Source: Octopus vulgaris (taxonomy: Eukaryota). From it: a stretch of 64,000 nucleotides of DNA. The stretch is from assembly GCA_951406725.2 (NCBI GenBank), contig OX597833.1:3162001-3226000 (forward strand). The letters run 5' to 3'. The notes under the pieces are model-generated. The model saw nothing but the letters and a program-made list of their open reading frames with translations, was not told where the DNA came from and ran no database searches. Positions 1 to 13,219 of the stretch are shown piece after piece; position 1 is the first letter of the stretch, and the number at the start of each line of letters is the position of its first letter. A program made the position numbers and the translations under genes.

Positions 1-484
1 GTCTTAATCACACACACACACAAGTAAGCATGTCTGGTGTAGTTGTTTATAAAACTGGGACATTTTATTGTGGAAATATTCACACAGAACTAAAAATAAA
101 AACTCGTTACAATTTCATAATTACATGCACATTCTCACACACCCACTTACACACTGACACACCCACCCACAAGTGTATATGAGAGAGACTGTGCGTGTGT
201 GTGTGTGTGTGTGTGTGAGTGTGTAATTAGGAAATTGTGACAAGTTTTGTTTATTTTTAGTTCATGAGATTATTTTAACCAAAGAATGTTGAAGTCCCAG
301 TTATATGAACCCCCGTCTCTGAAGTTGATAAGAGGCAACTAAAAAAAAAAAGGATTAGTCTTATAGTAAGGGCATTCACCTACAAAACAGTGACACAAAG
401 TCTGATTGAAGTCCCATACCAGCATGGAAAAACTGGCCTAAAAATGATGACAAGAATGAAGAATTTCTAGGTTTAGCAAAAATA

Positions 485-735
485 CTAGCAGTATCGCCCG
501 GCGTTGCTCGGGTTTGTTTCGACCCTTTAGAATTGGAATTTCTGAAAAGTAAATATTTTCCATCATGTAGCTTGTTCTTCTCTTTAAGTGAACATTTTTC
601 TGGTTGAAATACACCGAAAAATGGCGACACAGCAGTCAAAAAAAATTGTAAAAAATAGGGATTTTCATAGAAAAAAAGCACCTTTTTGATGTAAATAATT
701 TTTGGTGTTAACATGGCCCGATTTTAATTTGGCCA
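485..735 (-). mobile_element. Non-autonomous Helitron, 3' end
   Basis: Minus strand ends in the hairpin CCCGAGCAACGCCGGG followed by CTAG|T. Further copies at 18805 and 43356-43434. Confidence 0.75.
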
Positions 736-1446
736 GTGGCATGTATTTGATCAACAAAAACAAATAAAGGTATAATAAATAGCAAACAAGACAGATTCTT
801 GACTTGTACTGAAATTATATCCACCTCCAGGGATGGCAGAACAATCATTTGGTGGCAACTAGGATTAACACCAAATGATGCGGGTGATAATTTCATGAAT
901 CAATAATTCTCCAAAATTGACAAGTTATTAAGGAAAAAAGTAGTCTGTCTGGAGAAAAAAAAAAAGGGACAGCTCTGGAGATGTGTTTCTGTCTTAATAA
1001 GCATCATCAGCACAGCACTTATCCCAGACATGTAGTTATTCTTTGCTTTCAGTGATATGCTGGATTATTTGTAAAACCCTAGGACATAAATGAATCCTTA
1101 TTTTATTGGTTCCTGATGAGCAAAAGGCAAAGATAACAGGGGCAGGGGCAGAGTTCAAACTCAGAAAGGAAACAAACAACATATTGAAATATGTTTTAAG
1201 TTTGACAAATATGCAAAAGTTGTTTTGTCTGATGCTCTACGGGTAGGACACACACACACACACACACACACACTGATGGTTATATACTGTCTTTCCATCT
1301 GAATAAACACACCAGCCAAATAAATGTTTTATTGTGTAACACCATTACACACATACACACTCACCTGTCTGTGAATTAGAAGAACAGGTGTTTCTTCACA
1401 ATGTAGGGTGTCTCTGGTGTAGACACCGATCACTCAGTCATGTCAA

Positions 1447-1925
1447 GGGAGAGAGAAAGAGACAGGTAAAGAGAGAAAGAGATAGGGAGAGAGAAAGAGA
1501 TAGGGAAAGAGAAAGAGATAGGGAGAGAAAGGAGAAAGAGAGATAGGGAGAGAGAGAAAGAGAGATAGGGAGAGAGAGAGAGAGAGATAGGGAGAGAGAG
1601 AGAAAGAGAGATAGGGAGAGTGAGAGAAAGAGAGATAGGGAGAGAGAAAGAGAAAGAGAGATAGCGAGAGAGAAAGAGGGAGAAAGAGAGATAGCGAGAG
1701 AGAAAGAGGGAGAAAGAGAGATAAGGAAAGAGAAAGACAGATAAGGAGAGAGAAAGAGAGATAGGGAGAGAGAAAGAGAGATAGGGAGAGAAAGAGGGTG
1801 AGCTAAAGACAGAGAGACCGGGTAAGGAGAGAGAAAGAGAAACAAAGACAGAGAGGGAAGAAGAGACAGAGAGAACAGGGGGGACAGGGAGACAGAGAGA
1901 GAAAGGAGGGGGACAGGAAGAGAAA
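1447..1925. repeat. GA-rich polypurine tract (GAGAGATAGG-type units)
   Basis: Seen directly in the sequence. Confidence 0.95.
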
Positions 1926-3085
1926 AATTAGTGTGGGGACGGGTTCCAAACTGCATCCCCCCTACACACACACAGATGATACTCAACAGCAATAATTCCT
2001 TCCACTGGCTAATCCCCACCCCAGTTATAGCAACTGAAGCAGTCCAAGGAAGAATATATCACTTTTACACAACCAAAAGCTCACACTCCACACTATCATT
2101 GTCTGGACCATCATCATCATCATCATCATCATCATCATGGTCATCAAGTGCTAACAATCATTGGTGAAAACTAAATTTACACCCATGGAAGATTTATGTT
2201 TGGGGGTGAAAGAACCCCCCCCCCTCTGCATTGTAAGTTTTCTTTACTGATTACCTCTTCTAGTAAAGACACACAGACAGACACACACATTTAATCCGTT
2301 TTATGATGCCAGATAGCTGGGATGGTTCTGAAGATATTCCATGGGGGACATTCACATGTAAAGCACCACCGCTGCCACTGTCCCACCCCACCCTGCCTTC
2401 AGGAAGAAAATTTTTTTAAAAGACATCCAATATAATTAATGGCTTTTTGAATATTGGCAATTTCTAAGAGGAGGAGAAATAAGGGAGCTGGCTTCTAATA
2501 TCAACAAATGCTCTCAATTCATTCGCTTTCAGTTGGCCTTGCATCTCACACTTATGGACCCGCCCCAACTTAAGAGTGGTGGTGGGGGTTACACAAAACT
2601 ACAAAAGATAAAAAAAAAAGGGGCCATTTTATTGACAGAAATATCTTTCTCCCTTGAGTAATCTAAAATATTCCATCCAATCCACCCCCTACATGGATGG
2701 CAGGGTCACTTTTGGATCTTTGTAATGGGAGTATGGAAGGACAACTGTTCTGTGTTCAAACCTGTTTTGCAAAGATCCCCTCAGGGGACTCAACTACATA
2801 GATTGTGCACTACTGAGTGGCTTTGTCTATAATTTTATTTTTTTATTCGTTTCAGACATTAGTCTGCGGCCATGCTGGGGCATCAGCTTGAGGAATTTTA
2901 GTTGAACAAATAGACCAGAACACTTATCTTTTTTTTTAAACCCTGATACTTATTCTGTCAGTCTCCTTTGTTGAACCACTAACTTACAGGGATGTAAACA
3001 AACCAACACTAGCTGTCAAATGGTAGTGAGGGACAAACACCTACACACATATATTATGTATATCAAAATAAATATCAAATGGAAA

Positions 3086-3590
3086 TTGTAGTTGTGATAC
3101 CTGTGCCGGTGGCACATAAAAAGCACCATCCGAGCGTGGCCGATGCCAGCGCCGCCTTGACTGGCTTCCGTGCTGGTGGCACGTAAAAAGCACCATCCGA
3201 ATGTGGCCGATGCCAGCGCCGCCTTGACTGGCTTCTGTGTTGGTGGCACGTAAAAAGCACCATCCGAACGTGGCCGATGCCAGCGCCACCTTGACTGGCT
3301 TCTGTGCCAGTGGCACGTAAAAAGCACCCGCTACACTCACGGAGTGGTTGGCGTTAGGAAGGGCATCCAGCTGTAGAAACCTTGCCTGATCAGACTGGAG
3401 CCTGATGCAGCCTCCTGACTTCCCAGACCCCAGTCGAACTGTCCAACCCATACTAGGACAGAAAATGGATGTTAAACGATGATGAGGATGATGACTGGAG
3501 CCTGGTGTGGCTGTCTGGTTTGCCAGCCCTCAGTCAAATCATCCAACCCATGCTAGCATGGAAGGCAGACATTAAACGATGATGATGATG
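3086..3590 (+). mobile_element. Repeat family C (RTE 3' UTR-type) with an internal 67-bp tandem array and duplicated tail
   Basis: Units start at 3103, 3170, 3237 and 3304, followed by GGAGTGGTTGGCGTTAGGAAGGGCATCCAGCTGTAGAAAC and two (GAT)n-ending tails. Confidence 0.85.
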
Positions 3591-3966
3591 AATAGGATGG
3601 TCACATCTGGCAGAGTTTTTTTAACTGTGGGTCTGTTCCATCAGGACTAACCTGGAGCTAAGCCAATGATCAAGTTTCTACACAGGAGCTAGATCTGGTA
3701 AAAAAAAAATAGCAGCCAAGTCACCCTCAAATCCTCTAATATACTGACAAATGGTCACACCAACACAAACACACACAGAATTTTGCACAAACACACTGTC
3801 ATAGATAGATCAGTCTTTGAGTGATCACTCAACATGCTAGAAATAATAACCAAATCTTCTTTAAAGCTTTTTTTTTTTTAAGGAGCCATCAGATATAGTG
3901 CAGACCTGGATAATATTTCTGAAACCTAAATCACATTCTTCTGTCAGGAAAACTTTTAACCATATA

Positions 3967-4563
3967 TATTTCTTTATTACCCACAAGGAGCTAAACACAG
4001 AGGGAACAAACAAGGACAGACAAAGGGATTAAGTCAATTATATCGACCCCAGTGCGTAAATGGTACTTAATTTATCGACCCCGAAAGGATGAAAGGTTAA
4101 GTCGACCTCAGTGGAATTTGAACTCAGAACGTAACGACAGACGAAATACGGCTACACATTTTGCCCAGCGTGCTAACGGTTCTGCCAGCTCGCCACTCTC
4201 ATTATATGGTAGGCTACCTACCATATAACAATATAAGCCAGTGAACTCACTCGTCCACTGAATGTTAAGGGTGTGGCATGGTCTCTCGACAAGTCACACA
4301 CTCAGGGTTATTCAGCCAGCCATACACATACCTATTTCTTTACTACCCACAAGGGGCTAAACACAGAGGGGACAAACAAGGACAGATAAACGGATTAAGT
4401 TAATTATATCGACCACAGTGCGTAACTGGTATTTATTTAATCGACCCTGAAAGGATGAAAGGCAAAGTTGACCTCGGCGGAATTTGAACTCAGAACGTAG
4501 CAACAGGCGAAATACCGATAAGCATTTCGCCCGGCGTCCTAACAATTCTGCCAGCTCACCGCC
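3967..4563 (-). mobile_element. Two copies of tRNA-derived SINE family B (3967-4195, 4330-4563)
   Basis: Head GGCGAGCTGGCAGAA, B box GAGTTCAAATTCC, and central GCCTTTCATCCTTTCGGGGTCGATAAATTAAGTACCAG domain resembling conserved metazoan SINE central domains. Confidence 0.85.
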
Positions 4564-4753
4564 CTAGCCATAAACATACCATTATAAGGGCCATACAGAG
4601 CTATAGAGGGTTAAAACTATGATAGGTGTAAGAGACTCGTTTACACACACACACACACACACAGAGGAATCTTTTAATAATGGAAGTCATGATAAAAAAA
4701 TGTTCAAGCCCTTAGATTATTAACATGACACCTTGCTTACATCAAAGACATAC

Positions 4754-4819
4754 CAGATGCCTTGGTCGGAAATGCTAAGCCAACGTTTCCTTTGATCTTT
4801 AATGGACCATGAAGCTGAA
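4754..4819 (-). CDS. Candidate 66-nt internal exon
   Basis: Acceptor gagtaacttttgtctgcctttcag| and donor CTG|gtatgt. Length divisible by 3. Open in phase 1 as (V)QLHGPLKIKGNVGLAFPTKAS and in phase 2 as SASWSIKDQRKRWLSISDQGI. Confidence 0.45.
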
Positions 4820-5034
4820 CTGAAAGGCAGACAAAAGTTACTCAACAGCAACCACAAAGAACCATTATCATTATTATTATTGTTGTTGTTGTTATTAGTT
4901 TTGTGAGTATGTAGTAGTATATAATGCAGTAGCTTTAGATGTACATTGTCCCCAAATACTGTGTGCACATGTCTAGACATACCTGCTTTCATTCATTATT
5001 CTGAAAGAAGAAGAAAAGAAAGAAAAAGCACACA

Positions 5035-5327
5035 AAGAGAGAGAGATGGAGAGAGGGAGAGAGGGAAGGAGAAAGACAGAGGGAGAGAAGGAGAGAGAAA
5101 GACAGAGGGAGAGAAGGAAAGAGAAAGACAGAGGGGGAGAGAAGGAAAGAGAAAGACAGAGGGGGAGAGAGAGTGGGAGAGAGGAAGAGGGAGGGAGAGA
5201 GAGAGAAAGAGAGAGGGAGAGAGAAAGAGAAAGAGGGAGAGAGAGAGGAAGAGAGAGGGAGAGAGAGAGAGAGAAAGAGAGAGAGGGGGAGGGAGAGAGA
5301 GAGAGGGGGAGGGAGAGAGAGAGAAAG
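5035..5327. repeat. GA-rich polypurine tract
   Basis: Seen directly in the sequence. Confidence 0.95.
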
Positions 5328-5589
5328 ATTTACAGTTGAAAAAATATGAATTCTGATCCGTGCAAACGTGAAAGAGTGAACATTAAAATAGAAATATATT
5401 TTGAGAATTATATGGAGAGTCATGGCTGGGTGGTGAAAAAGTTTGGTTCCCAGCCACAAGATTCCTGCTTCAGTCCAAGGACATGTCACTTTGGACATGC
5501 AAGTCTTTTACTATAGCCAGGGACTGGGGGGGGAGGCAACCAAAGTCTTGTGAGTGGATTTGAACAGAAACTGAAAGAAACCCATCCTC

Positions 5590-5624
<35 letters not shown>

Positions 5625-5689
5625 ACCCCCCACCTTATAAGTACTTTATATAATACAAGCATTCTCTTTCTTATACATGCACACACACA

Positions 5690-6235
5690 GATTAGATAGG
5701 TAGGCAGGTAGGTAGGTAGGTAGATAGACCGGTAGGTAGATAGGTAGGTAGGCAGACAGATAGATAGATAGGTAAGTAGGTAGATAGACAGGCAGACAGA
5801 TAGATAGATAGGTAGGTAGATGGACAGGTAGGTAGATAGACAGGTAGGTAGATATGTTTCTTTATTAGCCACACAGGGCTGCACACAGACAGGACAAAAT
5901 TACAAGGTAGAGCTTTTCTTTTGGGGGTAAAAGAAGGGGGTTTGGTTTTCGATCAAAAGGGATCGTAAATGGAAATGGACAGGTAGGTAGATACACAGGT
6001 AGGTTGATAGACATGTAGGTTGATAGACATGTAGGTAGCTAGATAGGTAAGTAGGTACGTAGGTAGATAGGTAAGTAGGTAAGTAGGTAGATAGACAGGC
6101 AGAGAGACAGACAGATAGGTAGGTAGAGTGATAGGTAGACAGACAGGTAGGTAGACAGACAGGTAGACAGATAGATAGGTAGGCAGACAGATAGATAGGT
6201 AGGAAGGTAGACAGGTAGGTATGTATATAAATAGG
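5690..6235. repeat. (TAGG/TAGA/CAGA)n tetranucleotide tract with a short internal insertion
   Basis: Seen directly; non-repeat block at about 5855-5975. Confidence 0.9.
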
Positions 6236-7285
6236 TAAATATCCTTTTTTAGCACAACAGGAAATTCATAGATAAGACTGGGAGATGTTTGTTCAAAAAC
6301 ACAAAGACTGGGACAACAACATCAACCACCAAAACAACACCAATAAAGGTAAATAGTAACAAAAACACGAAAAAAAAAAACTCTATCACATTTCACCCAG
6401 TGTAATACTTTTTACAATAAATTCACTGTATTTTTTTCCCTTCTTCCACAAACAGCAGTAAATCACACACCATGACCACCACACAATAAAACTAAATAAT
6501 AATAATAATAATAATAATACATCCGGAGGAAATGGGGGGGAGCAGGAGGAGTGAGAAAAGATCACCTTTCATTTCACATCCCCCACACCCATTGATAAAG
6601 TAAAGGGAATAAGAGCCTAAAATGAATCCCTACAAAATATATACAAAGACTACATTCCACCACGACCACCACCACCCAGTTTTAATTTATTTGCTTTTAG
6701 ATGATATTTGTTCTTGTTATTTAGGTTATAAAAGTAGGAAGGCTACCTGGAAAGTATGAGAATACCTGTAGTCTGTATTCACACACACACACACACACAC
6801 ATACATACGTACATACACACAGGTACATACACACATGTACATACACACATGTACATACACACACGTACATACATACACACACGTACATACACACACATAC
6901 ACATACACACACATACATACACACACACACACGTACATACACACACACACACACACGTACACACACACACACGTACACACACATACATCATGGCAGTGTT
7001 AGTGACAGATCAGGTAGATAATAAACAAGGCTGAACCTTACCTGTTCAGTTCACACAGGTAAGGTGGGTAGGAAGGCCATGCTGCGTTTTAAGAAGGTAA
7101 GGAAGGAAATGGAAAGGTAAATTGGGTGGTTTGGTTACTGAGAGGGAACAAGGGTGGGAAGAAGAGAAAGAGAGAGAGAGAGAGGGGGAAGCAAACAAGC
7201 TGGTTGGTGAGATAGGTCAATAGGAAGATCTTCAGGTATAACAATGTTTCATACTATGTCAGAGTATGTGACATGTATGAGTGAC

Positions 7286-7342
<57 letters not shown>

Positions 7343-7561
7343 GGGTGTATGTGTGTATACATACACGCTTAAACATATCTACATATGTATATACAATATC
7401 ATATATACATACACACATATATGTATGTATGTATGTACACACAAGTCTGTTTTGTGAACAAGGCACCAAAACTGGAGAAAGCTATTCTACATATTTAACA
7501 AGTACTAAAGGCAGTGCTCCAGCATGGCCACAGTCAAATGACTGAAACAAGTAAAAGAGAG

Positions 7562-7600
<39 letters not shown>

Positions 7601-7602
<2 letters not shown>

Positions 7603-8004
7603 CGCAGGAGGGGCTGCGTGGTAAGAAGCTTGTTTACTAACCACATAGTTCTGGGTTCAGCCCCACTGCGTAACATCTTGGGCAAGTCTCTTCTACTATA
7701 GCCTCGGGCCGACCAAAGCCTTGTGAGTGGATTTGGTAGACGGAAACTGAAAGAAGCCCTGTCGTATATATGTATATATATGTATGTGTGTGTGTGTGTG
7801 TTGTGTGTCTGTGTTTGTCCCCCTAGCATTGCTTGACAACCCCGATGCTGGTGTGTTTACGTCCCCGTCACTTAGCGGTTCGGCAAAAGAGACCGATAGA
7901 ATAAGTACTGGGCTTACAAAGAATAAGTCCCGGAGTCGATTTGCTCGACTAAAGGTGGTGCCTCAGCATGGCCGCAGTCAAATGACTGAAACAAGTAAAA
8001 TGAA

Positions 8005-8007
<3 letters not shown>
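7601..8007 (+). mobile_element. tRNA-derived SINE family A (CORE-like domain; resembles octopus OR-type SINEs), full length
   Basis: A-box-like GGCTGCGTGG, B-box-like GGGTTCAGCCCC, CORE-like CATCTTGGGCAAGT, internal (TA/TG)n, tail ...GACTGAAACAAGTAAAA. Confidence 0.85.
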
Positions 8008-8041
<34 letters not shown>

Positions 8042-8057
8042 TGTATATATCTATCTA

Positions 8058-8088
<31 letters not shown>

Positions 8089-8100
8089 TGTATATATCTA

Positions 8101-8139
<39 letters not shown>

Positions 8140-8206
8140 TGTATATATCTATCTAATATATATATATATACATATATATATATATGCACATGTATATATC
8201 TATCTA

Positions 8207-8251
<45 letters not shown>

Positions 8252-8465
8252 GTATAAAATGGGTGTATGTGTGTATACATATCTACATATGTATATACAA
8301 TATCATATATACATACACACACATATGTATGTATGTACACACAAGTCTGTTTTGTGAACAAGGCACAAAAACTGGAGAAAGCTATTCCGCGTATTTAACA
8401 AGTACTTAGTGTGTTTGTGTTCTTGTTAGTCTGTGTATGTCAACATAGGATTGGACAGCTAAAAT

Positions 8466-8507
<42 letters not shown>

Positions 8508-8669
8508 CTAATAAGAGGAAGAACTAGAGGAGATACATAATATAATTTCTTTTGCAAGTAATTCAGGTGTTACAGGTCAGGTGTGGCTAAGAATCACAAG
8601 GAGATTGTGTGTGTGTGTATGGAGGGAGGCATGGCTGTCTTCATACAAAAGGCAGGAAGAAGGGAGCTG

Positions 8670-8752
<83 letters not shown>

Positions 8753-8812
8753 TGTGTATTACCTTTATATATATATATATGTACTGAAATCATGCGAATC
8801 TGTAACATTATG

Positions 8813-8849
<37 letters not shown>

Positions 8850-8986
8850 TGCCAATAGGTAACCTAGACACCTATTTACCTTTCCATTTCCTTCCTTACC
8901 TTCTTAAACGCATGGCCTTCCTACCCACCTTACCTGTGTGAACTGAACATGTCTTCAATCCAGCCTTGTATACCAGCCTTCTATAC

Positions 8987-9021
<35 letters not shown>

Positions 9022-9024
<3 letters not shown>

Positions 9025-9202
9025 CTTTATTGCCCACAAGGGGCTAAACATAGAGGGGACAAACAAGGACAGACAACGGGATTAAGTTGATTACATTGAC
9101 CCCCAGTGCGAAACTGGTACTTTATTTATCGACCCCGAAAGGATGAAAAGCAAAGTTGACCTCGGTGGAATTTGCACTCAGAACGTAACGACAGACGAAA
9201 TA

Positions 9203-9205
<3 letters not shown>
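9022..9205 (-). mobile_element. SINE family B, 5'-truncated, inside (TA)n
   Basis: Same tail and central domain as other family B copies; truncated at GGTATTTCGTC. Confidence 0.85.
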
Positions 9206-9248
<43 letters not shown>

Positions 9249-9497
9249 GCATGCTAAAATCAAAAGAGTGAGAATATGTTCTCAACACTGCACTGGTGGA
9301 TAAATATCTTTAATTGTGATTTAATAAGGTTGCCAATGTTTCCATGGAAAGAGAAAATCTCTGAATTATCGAACCTGCTGCCCACATAACATTCCCATGA
9401 GTCAGGCTTGATAATCGTTAAGTGATTCATCTTCGCATGAAACCCTTGGTAGCCTTCTTAATCCTCAAAAATTAAAAGTGTGTGTATGTATGTGTAT

Positions 9498-9537
<40 letters not shown>

Positions 9538-9767
9538 ACGCATAATATAGAATAAAATACAGAACAGTAATGTTTATTGTTGTGAATTCAACAGGCATTA
9601 TCTTGTGGTTCTGAGATTTTGATGATATTAGGAGACACAAGCACTTACACACACATGTACACACAAGATGGTAACTTCTGCCTACCAAGTTCAATGTCAA
9701 GGCATCGGTCAGCCCAAGGCTGTAGCAGAAGACACTTGCCCAAGGTGCCATGCCTTAGGACTAAACC

Positions 9768-10093
9768 ATCATCATTGTTCGACCGTGATTGAGACAAAGG
9801 AATTTACTATGCTACGCCAGACTCCATGGTCCATCATAGCATTACGGAGGTCCTGTCGCTGGATGCCTGTATCCCTGGAGATTACATCAGGGTAGGAGAG
9901 TGTGCGCTCTCTGGTATCGTGAGCAGATGGCTTCCAGAGGAGAAGAGTAGAAATTACCTCGTTTTCAGCTCTACAACAATGTCCAGCAAACTGGACTCTT
10001 CTACCTTTCACAAGAGATGATACAGGTGGTAATTTCCCATATATTTGTACTTTGGTTGGATGGCGCTTCCACGAGAGATTTTGAGCTCTCATA
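9768..10093 (-). mobile_element. 5'-truncated RTE-type LINE (C-terminal ORF end) inserted in a SINE
   Basis: Peptide GRRVQFAGHCCR...LLLWKPS...YPDVISRDTG...AMMDHGVWRSIV matches RTE C-terminal motifs. Short (ATG)n tail. TSD AGGACTAAACC (9757-9767) / AGGACTTAACC (10094-10104). Confidence 0.85.
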
Positions 10094-10257
10094 AGGACTT
10101 AACCTGAAACCATGGGGTGGGAAAGCAACCTTTCTAACCACACAGCCATGCCCTATACTTAGAATAACGTAGCCGAGTATGTGTGAGAAGCTGGATCGGA
10201 TTGGTTTGAACATACAAGTAAAACCTTTTGGCCAGATATGGTTGAGTTACAAGCTGA

Positions 10258-10479
10258 CCCTTTAGCATTCAGATTAGCCTCCCAATTATCTATTTATTCA
10301 CATTGTTTTGAATTTGAATTAATCATACGTTGTCTCGTAAGCTTTGAGATTTTAATGATAAATTTGTTTAATTTTAGGATGACATTGCAGGGTAGCTGAG
10401 AGAGGCCTGATCCGGTCAGTTTGAACAGTAAATAGGTAGAATATTTGGGCCTGATGTGGCCAGTCTGAATGCTGAAGGG
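10258..10479. mobile_element. TTAA-site MITE family 2 (inverted, diverged)
   Basis: CCCTTTAGCATTCAGA ... TCTGAATGCTGAAGGG|TTAA. Confidence 0.72.
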
Positions 10480-11185
10480 TTAAAGGGTTACATAATACAT
10501 GTAACCCCTACACTTTCTTTCATTTGTCCATTCACTCGTAAATATATGATGGGCTTCTTTCAGTTTTTAACTAACAAAGCCCCCCCGCTGAAGGTTTTGG
10601 TCAGCCCGAGGCTATAGTAGAAGACACTTGCTCAAGGTGCCTTACAGTGGGACTGAACCTGGAACCATATGGTTAGGATGCAACCTTCTTACCCTCTCTC
10701 ACACACACACAAAATGAATATTCATGCAAAGCTTTTGAGAAGGATGGGATTTCAGAAATTGACAGACATACAGGCATATATCAAATTATTTGCATGTCAG
10801 TGTGTGTGTGTGTGTGTATAAAAATATGTATGTATGTATACTCACACACCTGCGTGTTCGGGTCTAATTAGATAAAGATTTAAAAACCCGAAATGATATT
10901 TGGCCAAGTCTGTATGTGCGTGTACTACAGAGAGACCATAAATATTACAGAAACACACACACACATATAATTGTGTACATTCTTACACACACACACACAC
11001 ACACACACATTCATATATAAGCATGCACTCAAACCCCGGGCCACAAGTTACTTCCACATCATCTTCCTCCACCAAACCACACGTCTTGCCCTTCCTAAAC
11101 AGTTCAGACAGGTAAGTTCAGTTAAGTTTCCATAAAGAAAACCACTCAACACAACCACCACCACCACCACCATCACCATCACCAC

Positions 11186-11216
<31 letters not shown>

Positions 11217-11889
11217 GACACCACCACCACCATCACCACCATCAAGATGACTAGAATCATTAAGTCTTGAGAAAAATCCACAAAAGCTTTCTTCCTCCAA
11301 ATAGGTCAGGTGCTTTTTTGAAAGGTGGATGGTGCAAGGGTGGGTGAAGTGGGGGCACCTACATTCCTCTCATACCACCACCAGTTTGCACCCTGGGTAC
11401 TTTACACACACACACACACACACACACAGCACAGTACAGACACACTGCTGAGGAGAATAGCAGAAGCTGGTAGGGCAGGTGCAGTGGTGGGGTGGGTAGG
11501 GGTGGTTGGTAACAGTGAGTAGAAATATGTGGAAATGTGAGGAGTGTTAGGGGTTGCGGGTGTTTAGGAGGGGGAAGGAATAAATACCTGAATATTTCAA
11601 GTAGGGCAGCTTCATCAGAGTCTGAGAGAGAGAGAGGGAGGGGGAGGAAAAAGTGGGGGAGAACAGCAGGTAAATAACAGACATTTAAACAGGTGTGTGT
11701 GTGTGTGTGTGTGTGTACACTCACACACATAAGATAGGGAGAGTCAGAAGGGATAGATACAGGGGAAGAGGAAAGAGTGGTAAAGAGAAAGGATAGAAAG
11801 AGGAGAATAGAGAGAAAGGGCAACGGAGGGGAGTAGAGAGAGAGGGCGACAAGAAAAGAGAAAGGGGCAACCCGGAAGAGAGAAAGGGG

Positions 11890-12130
11890 CAACGGAGAGA
11901 AGGGGCGATGGGAGGGGAGAAGGGGCGATGGAGAGAGAGAGAGAAGAGGTGATGGAGAGAGAGAGAAGGGGCGACGGAGAGAGAGGAGGGGTGATGGAGA
12001 GAGAGAGAGAAGGGGCGATGGAGAGAGAGAGAAGGGGCGATGGAGAGAGAGAGAAGGGGCGATGGAGAGAGAGAGAAGGGGCGATGGAGAGAGAGAGAAG
12101 GGGTGATGGAGAGAGAGAAGGGGTGATAGA
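11890..12130. repeat. Minisatellite (GA)nAGGGGCGATG
   Basis: About ten units of 19-23 bp. Confidence 0.9.
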
Positions 12131-12493
12131 GTGGTAGAGAGAAAGAGAGAGATGGACAAAGCGATAAAGAGATACAGATGCCTGAATAGATATCCATCAA
12201 TATAGACAGATAACTGGATGCTGATCAATACTGATGTATAAATAAAGATGTCTTAAATGAGCCAATCTGAATTAGAGAACTAAAAATAAAGACAAAGAAT
12301 AAAAGTCTGGTCATTGGTACCTGAGTCTTGGGGTGAGTTGGAGCTATGTACTTTAGCCTTGAGGTCAGAGATGGCTGTATATGAGAATAAAGGGGTATGT
12401 AGTGTCTACCCAGACTTTCAACCTGTGGTCCTACATGCTTTTAGTCATGGAATGAGTTCTTGTCACAGATTGTGTGATTATACAGTCACATTA

Positions 12494-12908
12494 GGTGTGG
12501 CTGTGTGGTAAGAAGCTTGCTTCCCAACAACATGGTTCAGGGTTCAGTCCCTTTGCATGGCACCTTGGGCAAGTGTCTTCTAAATATGGCCTCAGGCCGA
12601 CCAAAGCCACTGAAAGAAGACCGTTGCATATACATATATATGTATGTATGTATGTACGTATGCATGTATGTGTGTGTATGTGTGTGTGTGTGTGTCTTTG
12701 TGCTTGTCTCCTCCACCATCACTTAACAGCCAGTGTTGGTGTGTTTACATCCATGTAATTTAGCGGCTTAGCAAAAGGGTCCAATAGAATAAGTACTAGG
12801 CTTACAAAGAATAAGTCCCGGGGTTGATTTCTTTGACTGAAAACCCTTTAAGGTGATGCTCCAGCATGGCAGCAGTCACATGACTGAAACAAGTAAAAGA
12901 ATAAAAGA
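12494..12908 (+). mobile_element. SINE family A
   Basis: Same head, core and tail as 7601-8007. Confidence 0.85.
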
Positions 12909-12969
12909 ACCTTTCAGGACTGAAAGGTATTTAGGGGTCACATGTAGTTTACATGTGACTGAGTTAGTC

Positions 12970-13135
12970 CATTGGTTCCCAACCTGTGGTCTGCAGACCC
13001 CAGATGGTTCACAAAGGTAGTACTGGGGGCTCCATGAAAATGTTAAGCTGACAGGCCATTCAACATCCTGGGGTCCATGGGAAAAGTCATTAAAATAAAA
13101 GGGGTCCTTGGTAGTGAAAAGGTTGGGAACCACTG
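12970..13135. mobile_element. hAT (Charlie/MER5-like) MITE
   Basis: TIR CA(T/G)TGGTTCCCAACCT; 8-bp TSD AGTTAGTC/AATTAGTC. Related copy at 53965-54075. Confidence 0.8.
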
Positions 13136-13219
13136 AATTAGTCATATCCTTAACATAAAACAGAACTACTGAATTCAGGCATTAGGGTTGAATATATGCT
13201 CACATACATTTGAAACCAG

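Noticed and set aside
1112-1135. CTGATGAG hammerhead-core-like word
   Set aside because: It lies in a decayed family B SINE, with no GAAA or supporting stems.
3102-3127. Resemblance of the hairpin plus AAA linker to the pistol ribozyme 5' half
   Set aside because: No P2/P3 or conserved pistol cleavage-site elements follow. Kept only as a simple pseudoknot.
3103-3330. Regularly spaced repeats superficially like a CRISPR array
   Set aside because: The intervening sequences are near-identical, so this is a 67-bp tandem repeat. The context is eukaryotic and there are no cas genes.
11048-11300. Poly-Met/Val or poly-Asp/Gly ORFs
   Set aside because: They are translations of the (CAT/CAC)n trinucleotide repeat.
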